Assembly (NCBI RefSeq): GCF_006345805.1 | Contig: NC_042997.1 | Span: 133,734,001-133,798,000 of the forward strand | Source: Octopus sinensis | Taxonomy: Eukaryota | Reading direction: 5' to 3' | Length of the DNA: 64,000 nt | Part shown: one piece after another, positions 53,011 through 64,000 of the stretch | Position numbering within the stretch: the stretch's first letter is position 1 | How the letters are laid out: the number at the start of each line of letters is the position of its first letter | Position numbers and translations under genes: made by a program | The notes under the pieces: generated by a model | Database searches by the model: none | Told to the model about the DNA's origin: nothing | Seen by the model: only the letters and a program-made list of their open reading frames with translations

Positions 53011-53870
53011 ATACATATATACACACATCCAGATATTCATATATTAGTGTATTTTGATAGCAGCTTTTCTTTGAAGTATTAGGAGTTAAAGAAATGACCA
53101 TATGTCATTTTTAATGAGTTTAATGTTGATTTTTTTTTTCTTTTCCTTCTTCACAAAAAAACACTCCATCTTCCTTTATGCTTGCCAATAGATGATTCTG
53201 CCCCTGCTGGAATAGAGGAAAATAAACCACTTTCTCCCTGAAATAATAATTCTTCAAAAGCCTAGTTGTATCTGTTTCTGGTGCCTTACACTCAATTCTA
53301 CATACATCAAGGATTTTTATGTATATTATATATGCATTTATTCAAACCCCCCCCCCCGGCTCTCCTCTAAACCTCTGGAATTCCTCCACCCCTCACACCC
53401 ACTGCTTCTTCTGCGTAAACTGACCTACAGATGTTTATGCGGAGCATCAGTCATATCAACAGAACCAGTCTTGGGGGAGCCTTCAAGGGGCCTGCAAAGG
53501 TCATGGGAACTGCCTGTCCTTCTGTAATTATCTTATGAATAAAAATTAAGGGGTTGGGGTGAAACCCAAATCCCTGATATTCCCATATTCTCCCGTTTGA
53601 TTTAGTTCTAGCGTATTCTACTTCTGGTTTGAACATCTTCGGCTCTTAGGCGTCTTTGCTGGATCCATTAGCTTAACTTCATCATTCATATTTCTCATAG
53701 CACACGTGTGTATGTTCGTGTGTGCATTACATATATATATATAGATATATGTATGTGCATTATTTATATATACATATGTGTATATATGTACATATATATA
53801 TTTACACACACACATATATACAAATATATTTATACATAAACATATATATACATATATATTTACACATACA

Positions 53871-53901
<31 letters not shown>

Positions 53902-53953
53902 TTACACACAGACACACATATATATATATATAAACATATATTTACATATATAT

Positions 53954-54154
53954 CAGTGGTTTTCAACCAGGGTTCCGCCAGTACAGTCCAGGGGTTCCGC
54001 AAGAAGTTACAAAACTGCTAAAATTGGCAGTAATTTTTAATTCTCCTGTGCAGATATGTGTGCATAAGACTATTAAATTATTGTACAGGGGTTCCTCGGG
54101 CCAGTGGAATGTTTCCTTGGGGTTCCGCTCCAGCAAAAAGTTTGAAAAGCACTG
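53954..54154. mobile_element. hAT-like MITE
   Basis: CAGTGGTTTTCAA / TTGAAAAGCACTG termini; TSD ATATATAT/ACATATAT. Confidence 0.88.
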
Positions 54155-54177
54155 ACATATATATATAGATATATATA

Positions 54178-55820
54178 AGATTTTCTTACTGTAGCTTCGT
54201 TGGATTGCTTGGAGATATGCTCTGGATTTTTTATTATGTGGTGACCATAGTTGGGAGCAATAGTCCAAGTGGTTGAGAATGTATGTCCTACAAAGGATCA
54301 TCAGTGTCTCCTTTTCTCTTGTTTTGAAAGTTCGGTGGATCCATCCAGCCAACCGTCTGCATTTTATTACCAAATTGGTAATATGCACTTGGAAAGATGC
54401 ATCATTCTTCATGTCAGTGCCCAGGTGAAGCGCTGATTCTGACTCATATATTTCAGTTCCTCCTGGGCCAGTGTATCTTGTCTGCATGTCGTTTAGTTTT
54501 GTATGCTGGTAGCGTAGGGTTTGGAATTAAACTACATGAATCTGCATGTTGTTGTCCTCAACCAACCTGTATATTGCATCCAACTCCCGTCGCAGATGCG
54601 CAATATTTCCAGGACTTTGTATTGTCTGAAAGACTCTTGTGTCATCTGCATAACTAGCAAGGGTGTCTCTCTGAGCAGCCAAGGGCATGTCTGAGAGGGC
54701 CACTATAAACAGCTGTAACCCCAAGACAGTGGAAAACCACTTGCTATTTGTGTTTCGTTGGAGGTGGCTCCATTGGCCACTACTGCCTGATGTCTATCTC
54801 TTAGAAAGTTGTACAACCATTCTCCAAGTTTTCTGCATATGCCAAGATTATGCAGTTTGTGACATATCATACCATGGTCAACTTTATCAAAGGCTTTTGC
54901 AAAGTTGAGATATATCACGTCCATGCTTGAGTCATTCAGCAGCTGTTTTAACACCCAGTCGTAGTGTTGCAGGAGCTGTTTCTCAGACAGCTTCTACTTG
55001 AACGAAATCCATGCTGGGTGTCAGTCAGCAAGTTATTTTCTTCTAGGAACATGATTAGTTTCTTGCTGACTATTCATTCCATGACTTTACTGATGTACGA
55101 GGTCAGAGAGATAGGTCTATAGTTTTTAGCATCTGCTCTGCTTCCTCCTTTATGGATAGGGCATATTGTCCTGCAGTATTCCTTCAGTTTGTCTAGGAGC
55201 TTACCACTTACGAGGAAGCTTTGGAAGAGAAGCTGCAGTGGTTTTGTAAGAGCTCAGTTGCATGATTTGAGTAGGACCGCTGAAAACCCATCCAGGCCAG
55301 CAGCCGAGTTTGTGTCGACCTCATCTTTGAGCAGTATTACATCTTCTTCAATGTTTATGTACTCAATATTTTTAACCTCTTTGGTTTTAGTTAATATGGC
55401 AAAGCATTCCGCTGGTTTGTTCACTTGCTTGTGCCCCAGCAGTGTAGTGAACGTGCTTTGGAACTGTTCATTCAGTATTTCACTTGCCCTCATGGGGTTT
55501 CCTGTGAGGGGCCATCTTTTTGAAAGAGGGGTCCTATCTTGTGATGTATTGAGGCTGTTTCTCTGGCAAACTTAAAGAAAGATTTTGGGTTTGACTTAAT
55601 ATTTTCTATAACCCAAGCTTCTTTATTTGCTCTCTCTTTTTCAGGAGACTGATGCAGATGTTTCTCAATTTCCAATAGCAATCTCTCCAGAGTTCTCGCC
55701 ACTTTTGGGATGCTTGCTCAGGTGGTTTGCAATCTTTGACTGTTGTCTCATAAGAATATTCCTTTCTCTGGGGATCCTGTTTTTGTGTATGTTGGCCTTG
55801 CACAATGGAACAGATTTGTC
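54178..55820 (-). pseudogene. CR1-like LINE ORF2 (reverse transcriptase), frameshifted
   Basis: NIKSNPKSFFK, DVIYLNFAKAFDKVDHG, YADDT and LDYCSQLWSPH motifs across several frames. Confidence 0.95.
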
Positions 55821-55909
55821 ATACACACATATATACATATATATTTATATATATATATATTTACACACATATATATATGTATGTATGTATATATTTATAC
55901 ACATACACT

Positions 55910-55974
<65 letters not shown>

Positions 55975-56084
55975 TTACACACACACATATATATATATAC
56001 ATTATATATAGATAGATAGATATAGGTAGATATATATCTGAGTTTTGATCGACACAAGGCTATAGTAGAAGACACTTGCCCAGT

Positions 56085-56247
56085 GGGGCGTAGTTGATTA
56101 AATTGACCCTAGTGTCCAACTGGTACTTAATTTATCGACCCCGAAAAAATAAAAGGCAAAGTTGACCTCGGCGAAATTTGAACTCAGAACATAGCGACAG
56201 ACAAAATACTGCTCAGCATTTCACCCGGCGTGCTAAAGATTCAGCCA
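56085..56247 (-). mobile_element. SINE family B, partial
   Basis: Central domain and head. Confidence 0.8.
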
Positions 56248-56479
56248 TTCCTAATAGTATTTGATAATGAAAATATAATAGGGTTTCTGATACATGAAAT
56301 GGCTGTTGGGGTTTACCATAGTAAATAAAGAATCAAAGGGGGTCCAAAAGAAAATGGCTGAGATCCATTGCACTAGGGTTAATGTGATTGTCACCAATGG
56401 AGTGCCTTTAATCATAAGTCTGCTCAACGGGAATTTATTGACCTGAGTCTAAACAACAGCATACTTTTCTTTTTTTTTC

Positions 56480-56678
56480 TTTTATTTTATTTGTTTCAGT
56501 CATTTGACTGTGGCCATGCTGGAGCACCACCTTTAGTCGAGCAAATCAACCCCAGGACATACTCTTTGTAAGCCTAGTACTTATTCTATCGGTGTCTCTT
56601 GCCAAACCGCTAAGTGACGGGGACGTAAACACACCAGCAATGTTGGGGGGACAAACACAGACACACAAACATATACAT

Positions 56679-56709
<31 letters not shown>

Positions 56710-56870
56710 CGACGGGCTTCTTTCAGTTTCTGTCTACCAAATCCACTCACAAGGCTTTGCTTGGCTTGAGGCTACAGTAGAAGACACTTGCCCTAGGTGC
56801 CACGCAGTGGGAATGAACCCGGAACCACACAATTCATAAGCAAGCTACTTACCACACAGCCACTCCTACG
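56480..56870 (-). mobile_element. SINE family A
   Basis: Full-length similarity. Confidence 0.92.
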
Positions 56871-57217
56871 TTAAAAAAAACCCCAGACAAATACATAACA
56901 GAAAGCTTTAAACGTCGTTCCTTCATTGAGAAAACTGAAAGTTGTTGTGAGATCCAAGTTGGTATCTACTATGGATGCAAGAACGCACTGGAAAAAGCTG
57001 TTACCATGGAGTTTCAGGTGGTGTTTCACATCCTGTTTGCTTATCTGTTGACAATAGGAAAACTAGATTTATGATGATTATTGCTTTAGTGATTTTCTTC
57101 CGGCTGTTTGCATCTTTGATCTTTTGTGAAATGACAAAGATGTTTATTTTTCTTATAATGAGCACTGATTGAGAGGAGAATGTGTATTTGGTGCCCTTCT
57201 TAGTAAGTATACATGCA

Positions 57218-57253
<36 letters not shown>

Positions 57254-58230
57254 CATATATACATACACACACACACTTGTGCATAATCATATATATGTAT
57301 GTATATAATATACATACAGGCATGTATATATATATATATATATATATTTGTGCATACTTGTATATGTATGTATATATATTATATACTTCCAGGCATGTGT
57401 GTGTGTATATATATAATGTATGTGTGCATGTGTGTGTGTATAAACATAGAACAGTAATGGTTTAGAATAGCGTAATTAGGTTTCACATACACACACACGT
57501 GTCCATGTGTGTATATATATCTATAAATATTCAAAAAGATAAACTTGTATATACACATGCATACATATCTATATATATTATATGTATATACATATATATG
57601 TAATGCATATATATATATGTAAATAAATATGTTACATGTATTTATATATATAAATATATATATATTTGTGTGTGTGTAAGAATATATTTGTATTTATGTA
57701 TTAATGTGTATATATATGTATATATGTGTGTGTATATCTACCTATATATATATATATCTGTGTGTGTAGATTGTATATATATGCACTTGCGAGAGAGAGA
57801 AAGAGAGAGAGACAGGTGTGTGTTTGCTTAAACTTATATCCAAAGCTCTTCCGTGCAAGTTCCACTCTGCTATAATTTGTGTTTAGATGTTTACAACTGT
57901 TCTGTTGGCGTGGGAATTCATAGACTGTATTAATTACTTTATCTACAGAAGAGATCTCTCTCTCAATCTCTCTCCAATCACTCTATCATTGCTACTATGT
58001 GGTTTTCACTCATGCCATTATTGTGTATAAATAGTAGTTGGGGTATTGTGATAATCTGTTGTATGTTCATGTATTTATATATATGTATATATATATATAT
58101 ATATAGTATGTGTGTATATATATATTCATCATCATCATCATCGTCATTTAGCGTCCGTTTTCCATACTAGCATGGGTTGGACGGTTCAACTGGGGTCTGG
58201 GGAGCCCGAAGGCTGCACCAGGCCAGTCAG

Positions 58231-58274
<44 letters not shown>

Positions 58275-58444
58275 AATATATCTTAATAGAGGTATATAGA
58301 TATGCTCATGTACTCACTAATATATATATATGTATATATTTATAAACGTGTATATATATATATATATGTTTATCAATTTGTTTTGCAAGAATCCCAATGT
58401 GAAATTGTGTGTTGAAAGAGATTTTGTTGTACACATATGAATAC

Positions 58445-59005
58445 ATCATCATCATCATCATCATTTAGCGTCCGTTTTCCATGCTAGCATGGGTTGGACG
58501 GTTCTACTGGGGTCTGTGAAGCCAGAAGGCTTCATCAGGCCCAGTCAAATCTGGCAGTGTTTCTACGGCTGGATGCCCTTCCTAACGCCAACCACTCCGT
58601 GAGTGTAGTGGGTGCTTTTTACGTGCCACCCGCACTGGTGCCAGACAGAGCTGGCAAACGGCCACGAACGGATGGTGCTTTTTATGTGCCACCGGCACGA
58701 GGGCCAGGCGAGGCTGGCAACGGACACGAAACGGGGCGGTGCTGGCAACGGTCGCGAAACGGAAAGTTCTCTTACATGCCACCGGCACTGGTAACACATC
58801 TGCAATTTCCATTGATCGATTTCCATTGATCGATTTCGATATGCGATGGGCTTCTTTAAGTTTCCATCTACCAAATCCACTCACAAGGCTTTGGTTGGCC
58901 CGAGGCTATAATAGAAGACACTTGCTCAAGGTGCCACGCAGTGGGACTGAACTCAAAACCATGTGGTTTGCAAACAACTACTTACCACACAGCCACTTCT
59001 GCGCC
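58445..59005 (-). mobile_element. SINE-D (58445-58840) directly adjoining a SINE-A head (58845-59005)
   Basis: Same orientation, contiguous. Confidence 0.85.
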
Positions 59006-59068
59006 TATATATATATATATATATGGTGTATATTATTTCATATGTATATTTGTCTATCTATCTATCTA

Positions 59069-59113
<45 letters not shown>

Positions 59114-59565
59114 GTATCATCATCATCATCATATTCATTTTTAACAACTGTTTTCCATGTTGGCATGGGTTGGACGGTTTGACTGAGGTCTGGAAAACCA
59201 ACGGATGCACTTCCTAATGCCAACCACTCCGAGAATGTACTGTGTGCTTTTTATGTGCCACCAGCATGGGAGCCAGTCAGACATGGCCCTGGCATTGATC
59301 TTGTTCGGATAGGGGTATTTCATTTATAAACACCAAGGAATCCCTTTAATTTTAAACTGATTCATTAAGTGTTAATGCACAAAACCCTCGGCCCCCTTTT
59401 GCCCAGTACTTGATTGGTACTTTATATGAGTGACCTCAGTGAGTTGAGGAGTAATGTTGGCCTTAGTAAGATATGAAGTCGGAACATAGAAGTCCATTAG
59501 GAAACACTGCAGTCTTGCCTCTACACTATTGGTAGGTCATTAATGTATTAGCTATAGGTTGATGT

Positions 59566-60030
59566 GAAGGTGCATATCTCAGTGGTTAGAGTGTTGGGCT
59601 CACAATGATGAGGTAGTGAGTTTGATTCCCAGACCACGTTGTGTGTTGTGTTCTTGAGCAAGACATTTTATTTCACATTGCTCCAGTTCACTCAACTGTA
59701 GAAATGTGTTGCGATGTCACTGGTGCCAAGCTGTATCAGCTTTTCCCTTGGGTCACATCAGTGGCATTGAGAGGGTAAGCTGGTATGCATGGTCATTAAC
59801 AACCTTTCCTGGACTTGCACCTTAGAGGGGAACTAACCACCGCGGAGGTCACGCGGTCATTAGCCTCAAATTGCCAGGCCTGGTCGGCGTTTGTGAGTGA
59901 CACAGCATTGAGGATGAATGAAGCCAGCTCAACCCACCCTGGGTGAATGCTGTCTCAAGACAAGACAAGAAGGGGAAACTTTCTAGGTGCAATCCCATGG
60001 TCATTTCTGACCAAAGGAGGTCGTTACATC
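59566..60030 (+). mobile_element. SINE family E hosting an RTE 3' insertion
   Basis: tRNA head CTCAGTGGTTAGAG..GTTTGATTCCC. Confidence 0.8.
59835..59970 (+). mobile_element. 5'-truncated RTE LINE 3' end
   Basis: Encodes LASNCQAWSAFVSDTALRMNEASSTHPG*; (CAAGA)3 tail; TSD AGGGG(A)AACT. Confidence 0.82.
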
Positions 60031-60185
60031 TTGATAGCTCTACATACCATTGTCACTATTAAAAACCTGTAAAAGTGAACCTATGAAAATGTACTCTATG
60101 GGTAACAACGTACTGCGTAACAGAGTTTTCTAATTGTTAACTTGTATTTATTTATTTATTTATTTATATATCTATTTTTATCTAG

Positions 60186-60220
60186 AGTAAGCTTGAAGAA
60201 AAATTCCATAAAATACTTAA
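60186..60220 (+). other. Candidate 35-nt exon (SKLEEKFHKIL)
   Basis: TTTTTATCTAG acceptor, AA|GTAATT donor. Confidence 0.17.
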
Positions 60221-60819
60221 GTAATTAAATTCATTAACTAAATATAAGTAACAGTCAGTAATATTATTAAGCTAGCTTTCATTAAATAATTCTAACAATT
60301 TTCTAAGCTTGTTTACATTGATATTAATACTATTTATATATTAGCAAGCCTCGTTGTTTTTGTATATCAAAGATTGTGTTGTGGAAGCAGAAGAAGAAGC
60401 ATATGTTTCGGTGTGTGTTTATATTTGAAATGAAGGGCAGGTCACAGTGGATAAAACAATGAGCTAAGTAGTTTGCAGTCTAAAGAGAAGGAAGACCTGA
60501 CAAGCAGAGTTTTATTATTATATAGTGTGTTTGTTTGTTGTGTCACTAAACTGACTTTAGCTTTTGGCCATTATTTTTATTCTAGGCTCTTTTATTTATT
60601 TATTTATTTTTTTTTTCACTTTGTAATCTTCCATATTATGTGCTAGCATTTTTTTTTTTTTTGTTCTGGGGGTTTAGGTTAGTTGTATCATGTTCTTTCT
60701 GTTGCCTGAGTTTTCATTTATTATCATTATTTGTTTGTCTTCTTCTTCTTCTTCTTCTTCTTCTCCCCCTCCTCCTCCACCACTACTACTACTAGAAATG
60801 TTAAAGTATGTATGTATGT

Positions 60820-60977
60820 GGCAACTTGGGTGAAGGTTTGCCTTTAATCCTTTCGGGGTTGATAAATTAAGTACCAGTTACACACTGGGATCGATGTAAT
60901 CGACTCAATCCGTCTGTCTGTCCTTGTTTGTCCCCTCTGTGTGTAGCCCCTTGTGGGTAGTAAAGAAATAGGTATTT
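60820..60977 (+). mobile_element. SINE family B body ending in the multimer junction
   Basis: ..AAAGAAATAG|GTATTT. Confidence 0.85.
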
Positions 60978-61219
60978 GCCTGTAAGTTTTCAGAACTCTC
61001 TCACCCCTTAATTCACCATATCAGCCATGCCTCATTCCCCCCTCCGCTATGCAACTGTGATTGAAGACCTTATATTTATGGGGTAGGGGTGGAATGGGAG
61101 TAACCCAAAGAAGGAGCATGTACTTGGTTACTCATTTAGCCAGAAATGGCAGTCAACTATCCCTCAAATCACAAGCTGTTGCCATTAAAAAGAAACGCAT
61201 TATATATTAGACAATATAT

Positions 61220-61610
61220 ACTCTCTTTTTACTTGTTTCAGTCATTTGACTGCAGCCATGCTGGAGCACCACCTCTAGTCAAGCAAAGACTTATTCTTTG
61301 TAAGCCTTGTACTTATTCTATCGGTGTCTTTTGCCGAACCGCTAAGTTACGGGGACGTAAAACACACCACCATCGGTTGTCAAGCGATGTTGGGGGAACA
61401 AACACAAACACATAAACATATACACACACATACATGTGCATATATATGACAGGCTTCTTTCAGTTTCAGTCTACCAAATTCACACACAAGGCTTTGGTCG
61501 GCCCGAGGCTTTAGTAGAAGACACTTGCCCAAGGTGCCACACAGTGGGAATGAACCTGGAACCATGTGATTGGTATGCAAGCTACTTACCACACAGCCAC
61601 TCTTGTGCCT
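61220..61610 (-). mobile_element. SINE family A
   Basis: Full-length similarity. Confidence 0.9.
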
Positions 61611-62666
61611 CCTCTAGATAAATAATATAGGGCAGTCCTGGTTGGAATCCTTTTAATCATAAACCTTCTTAATTAGGACTGATTTTGAACTAAGCAACAA
61701 CATCAACAATAACAACAGTATTTTGCCTTCTTGTACTGTTTAATTGAAGGAATAACTAGATTTGTTTCCATTTTGTTTTCAGTCTAAAAGAGAATTTACC
61801 TTGAACAGTTGAAAAACCAACAATTCAACTGTTAAAAGCGTATCAACTCCTTGGAATTTAGCCAGTGAGGGGAACCACTGTATGGTTACTTGGTCTACTA
61901 GATTTAGCAGTCAGATATCCCTCAGATCACACAAGCACACACACAGATACCATTTTGAAAAAAAATTGTAGAAAGACACGTTAGATAATTTAGTTCCTGA
62001 TAAACTGAAGAGATTTGGTTAGTCAAGGCCAGAATACCTTTGATCATAGCTCTCTGCCTGAAGCTAAACAACAACTTATTTTAGTCTTGGTGAACTGGTG
62101 CATTGAAAATGAACATGAATTCTTAGTGCAGTGCCAATAATGGAGTAGAATCTATAGGAACTACCTTTTTTTTTCTGCTTGTGGGTCTGCTTGTCATTGA
62201 TTTAATCAGTTGTAACTTTTGATCACGGCATGAATAATAATTGGCAAAGATAAAATTTATATGTTGAATCAAGAATCAATTAAAATTTATATTATGCAAA
62301 TTTTTCATATGAAACCCATTAATAGCTGTGCCTGATGTATAATAAATATGACAGCTGATGAGGTTAATGTTCTGTAATTGTGTCAACATGGTGATAAAAC
62401 TCAAACATGGTGCTTGTGAAACCACGTGACTGATTGCTTTTGATTCTATGAATTAGTGCTCAACAAATAACCCTTTGACTATCTTGGCATATATGCACAC
62501 ACCAAGGTTGATTGAACGGAAAAACAAATTATCTGTAGAATCAAATGTACCAAAGAGTAAATGAATAAAATTTGTATCCATATATTAGTGTGTATTAACA
62601 CTTTTGTGACTAAATATTGAAGGAATAAACTTGCTTCTGGTCCTCTGTATGTATAGTCCAATAAAT

Positions 62667-62958
62667 CATCATCACTTAACGTCTGTTTTCCATGCTAGCA
62701 TAGGTTGGATGGTTCGACCGGGGCCTGGGAAGCCAGGAGGCTGCGCCAGGCTCCAGTCTGATCTGGCAGTCTTTCTACCGCTGGATGCCCTTCCTAACGC
62801 CAACCACTCCGTGAGTGTAGTGGGTGCACAGGGGCCAGAGGAGGCTGGCAAACGACCACGATCTGTTGGTGCTTTTTATGGGTCACCTACACGGACGCCA
62901 GTCAGGCGGCGCTAGCATCAGCCATGTTCGGATGGTGCTTTTTACGTGCCACAGGAAC
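62667..62958 (-). mobile_element. SINE family D
   Basis: Tail plus modules. Confidence 0.88.
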
Positions 62959-63379
62959 AGATAGATTTGTAGTATAATGTAATCTAGCCGCTAAATGACA
63001 GCAGGATTTCTGTAATTTTTGTGTATTGATACTGATGCTGGTGCCACATAAAAAAAGAAAACACTGGTGCTAGTTCCACATGAAAAGCACTGGTGTGGTG
63101 CCAAGTAAAAATCACTCAGTACACTCTGTAAAATGATTGGCGTTAGAAAAGACACCCAGCTGTAGAAACCATGCCAAAGCAGGCATTGGAGTATGTTGCA
63201 ATCCTTGAATCTATTGGTTCCTTGTCAAAATGTTCAACCCATTCCATACATACATGTATGTATATATGTATGTATGTATGTAATAAAATTCAAGTTGACT
63301 GAGACTTCAGTTTTTGAGTTATCTCAACTAAGAATAATCTATTGCATTCTTAAAGTAGTTTTGTGATAACATTAATTTA

Positions 63380-63752
63380 ACATGGTTCCGGGTTTAGTCC
63401 CACTGCATGGCACCTTGGGCAAGTGTCTTCTACTATAGCCTTGGGCCAACCAAAGCCTTGTGAGTGGATTTGGTAGATGGAAACTGAAAGAAGCCCGTCG
63501 TATATATGTATGTATGTGTGTGTGTATATATGTTTGTGTGTCTGTGTTTGTCTCTCCAACATCGCTTGACAACTGATGCTGGTGTATTTACGTCCCCATA
63601 ACTTAGCGGTTCGGCAAAAAAGACTGATAGAATAGGTACTAGGCTTACAAAGAATAAATCCTGGGGTCGATTTGCTCGACTAAAGGCGGTGCTCCAGCAT
63701 GGCCACAGTCAAATGACTGAAACAAGTAAAAGAGAGTAAGAGTCAAGAGAGT
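63380..63752 (+). mobile_element. SINE family A, 5'-truncated
   Basis: Similarity. Confidence 0.9.
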
Positions 63753-63910
63753 AACATGCACACACACACACACACACTATAAATAATCTTTGAAAAGGTG
63801 TCAATGTTCCCATATTCTTCATTTTAACTCTTTATAAAATCTGCATTTTTTTTTGTTGTCATTGCAACTTTTCTGTAAATTTTATTTATTTTTTTTTTTT
63901 TTTATTGCAG

Positions 63911-64000
63911 TTACTCAATTTATTTGTTGAAATTTGGACTTAAATACCTACCTATCTACTGAACTTTCCAGGCAACCACTCGAAACCGTGGTTCCACTAG
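63911..64000 (+). other. Probable exon start (runs off window)
   Basis: T-rich tract ending TTGCAG at 63910; stops in all three frames suggest 5'UTR; alternative acceptor TTCCAG at 63971. Confidence 0.45.

Noticed and set aside
53401-53452. Hammerhead-like CTGATG + hairpin on the minus strand
   Set aside because: Two core mismatches (CTGATGC, GAAG) and A-C mismatches in the stem on that strand; only a small hairpin
56972-57202. sORF MDARTHWKKLLPWSFR and downstream GTAAGT donor
   Set aside because: No acceptor or promoter support and no recognisable homology
62355-62430. CTGATGAG...GAAAC hammerhead candidate
   Set aside because: No stems II or III can be formed

Overview
AT-rich eukaryotic DNA dense in microsatellites and SINEs. 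The repeat families and (TA)n/(TCTA)n/(CA)n load resemble an Octopus (coleoid cephalopod) genome; this is inference from remembered repeat sequences, not a search result. No intact host CDS, rRNA, tRNA gene or CRISPR array is visible, and most tracked ORFs are microsatellite or SINE translations. The window reads as intronic/5' DNA of a large + strand gene, with two CpG-retaining candidate promoter domains (~1-5.8 kb, ~34.6-38.2 kb), a few candidate small exons and a strong acceptor at 63910. Well-supported content: at least five SINE families (my labels A-E, many with TSDs), TTAA piggyBac-like, hAT-like and other TIR elements, three Helitrons (one with a RepHel fragment), an internally deleted mariner, CR1-like and RTE LINE remnants and a Penelope GIY-YIG remnant. 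Most notable: SINE-B multimers with an invariant self-complementary junction, retroposed as single TSD-flanked units; a repeated pseudoknot-like module in SINE-D; a near-perfect pre-miRNA-sized hairpin at 41229-41313; and a degenerate Penelope-type hammerhead. None is demonstrated to be a new system.
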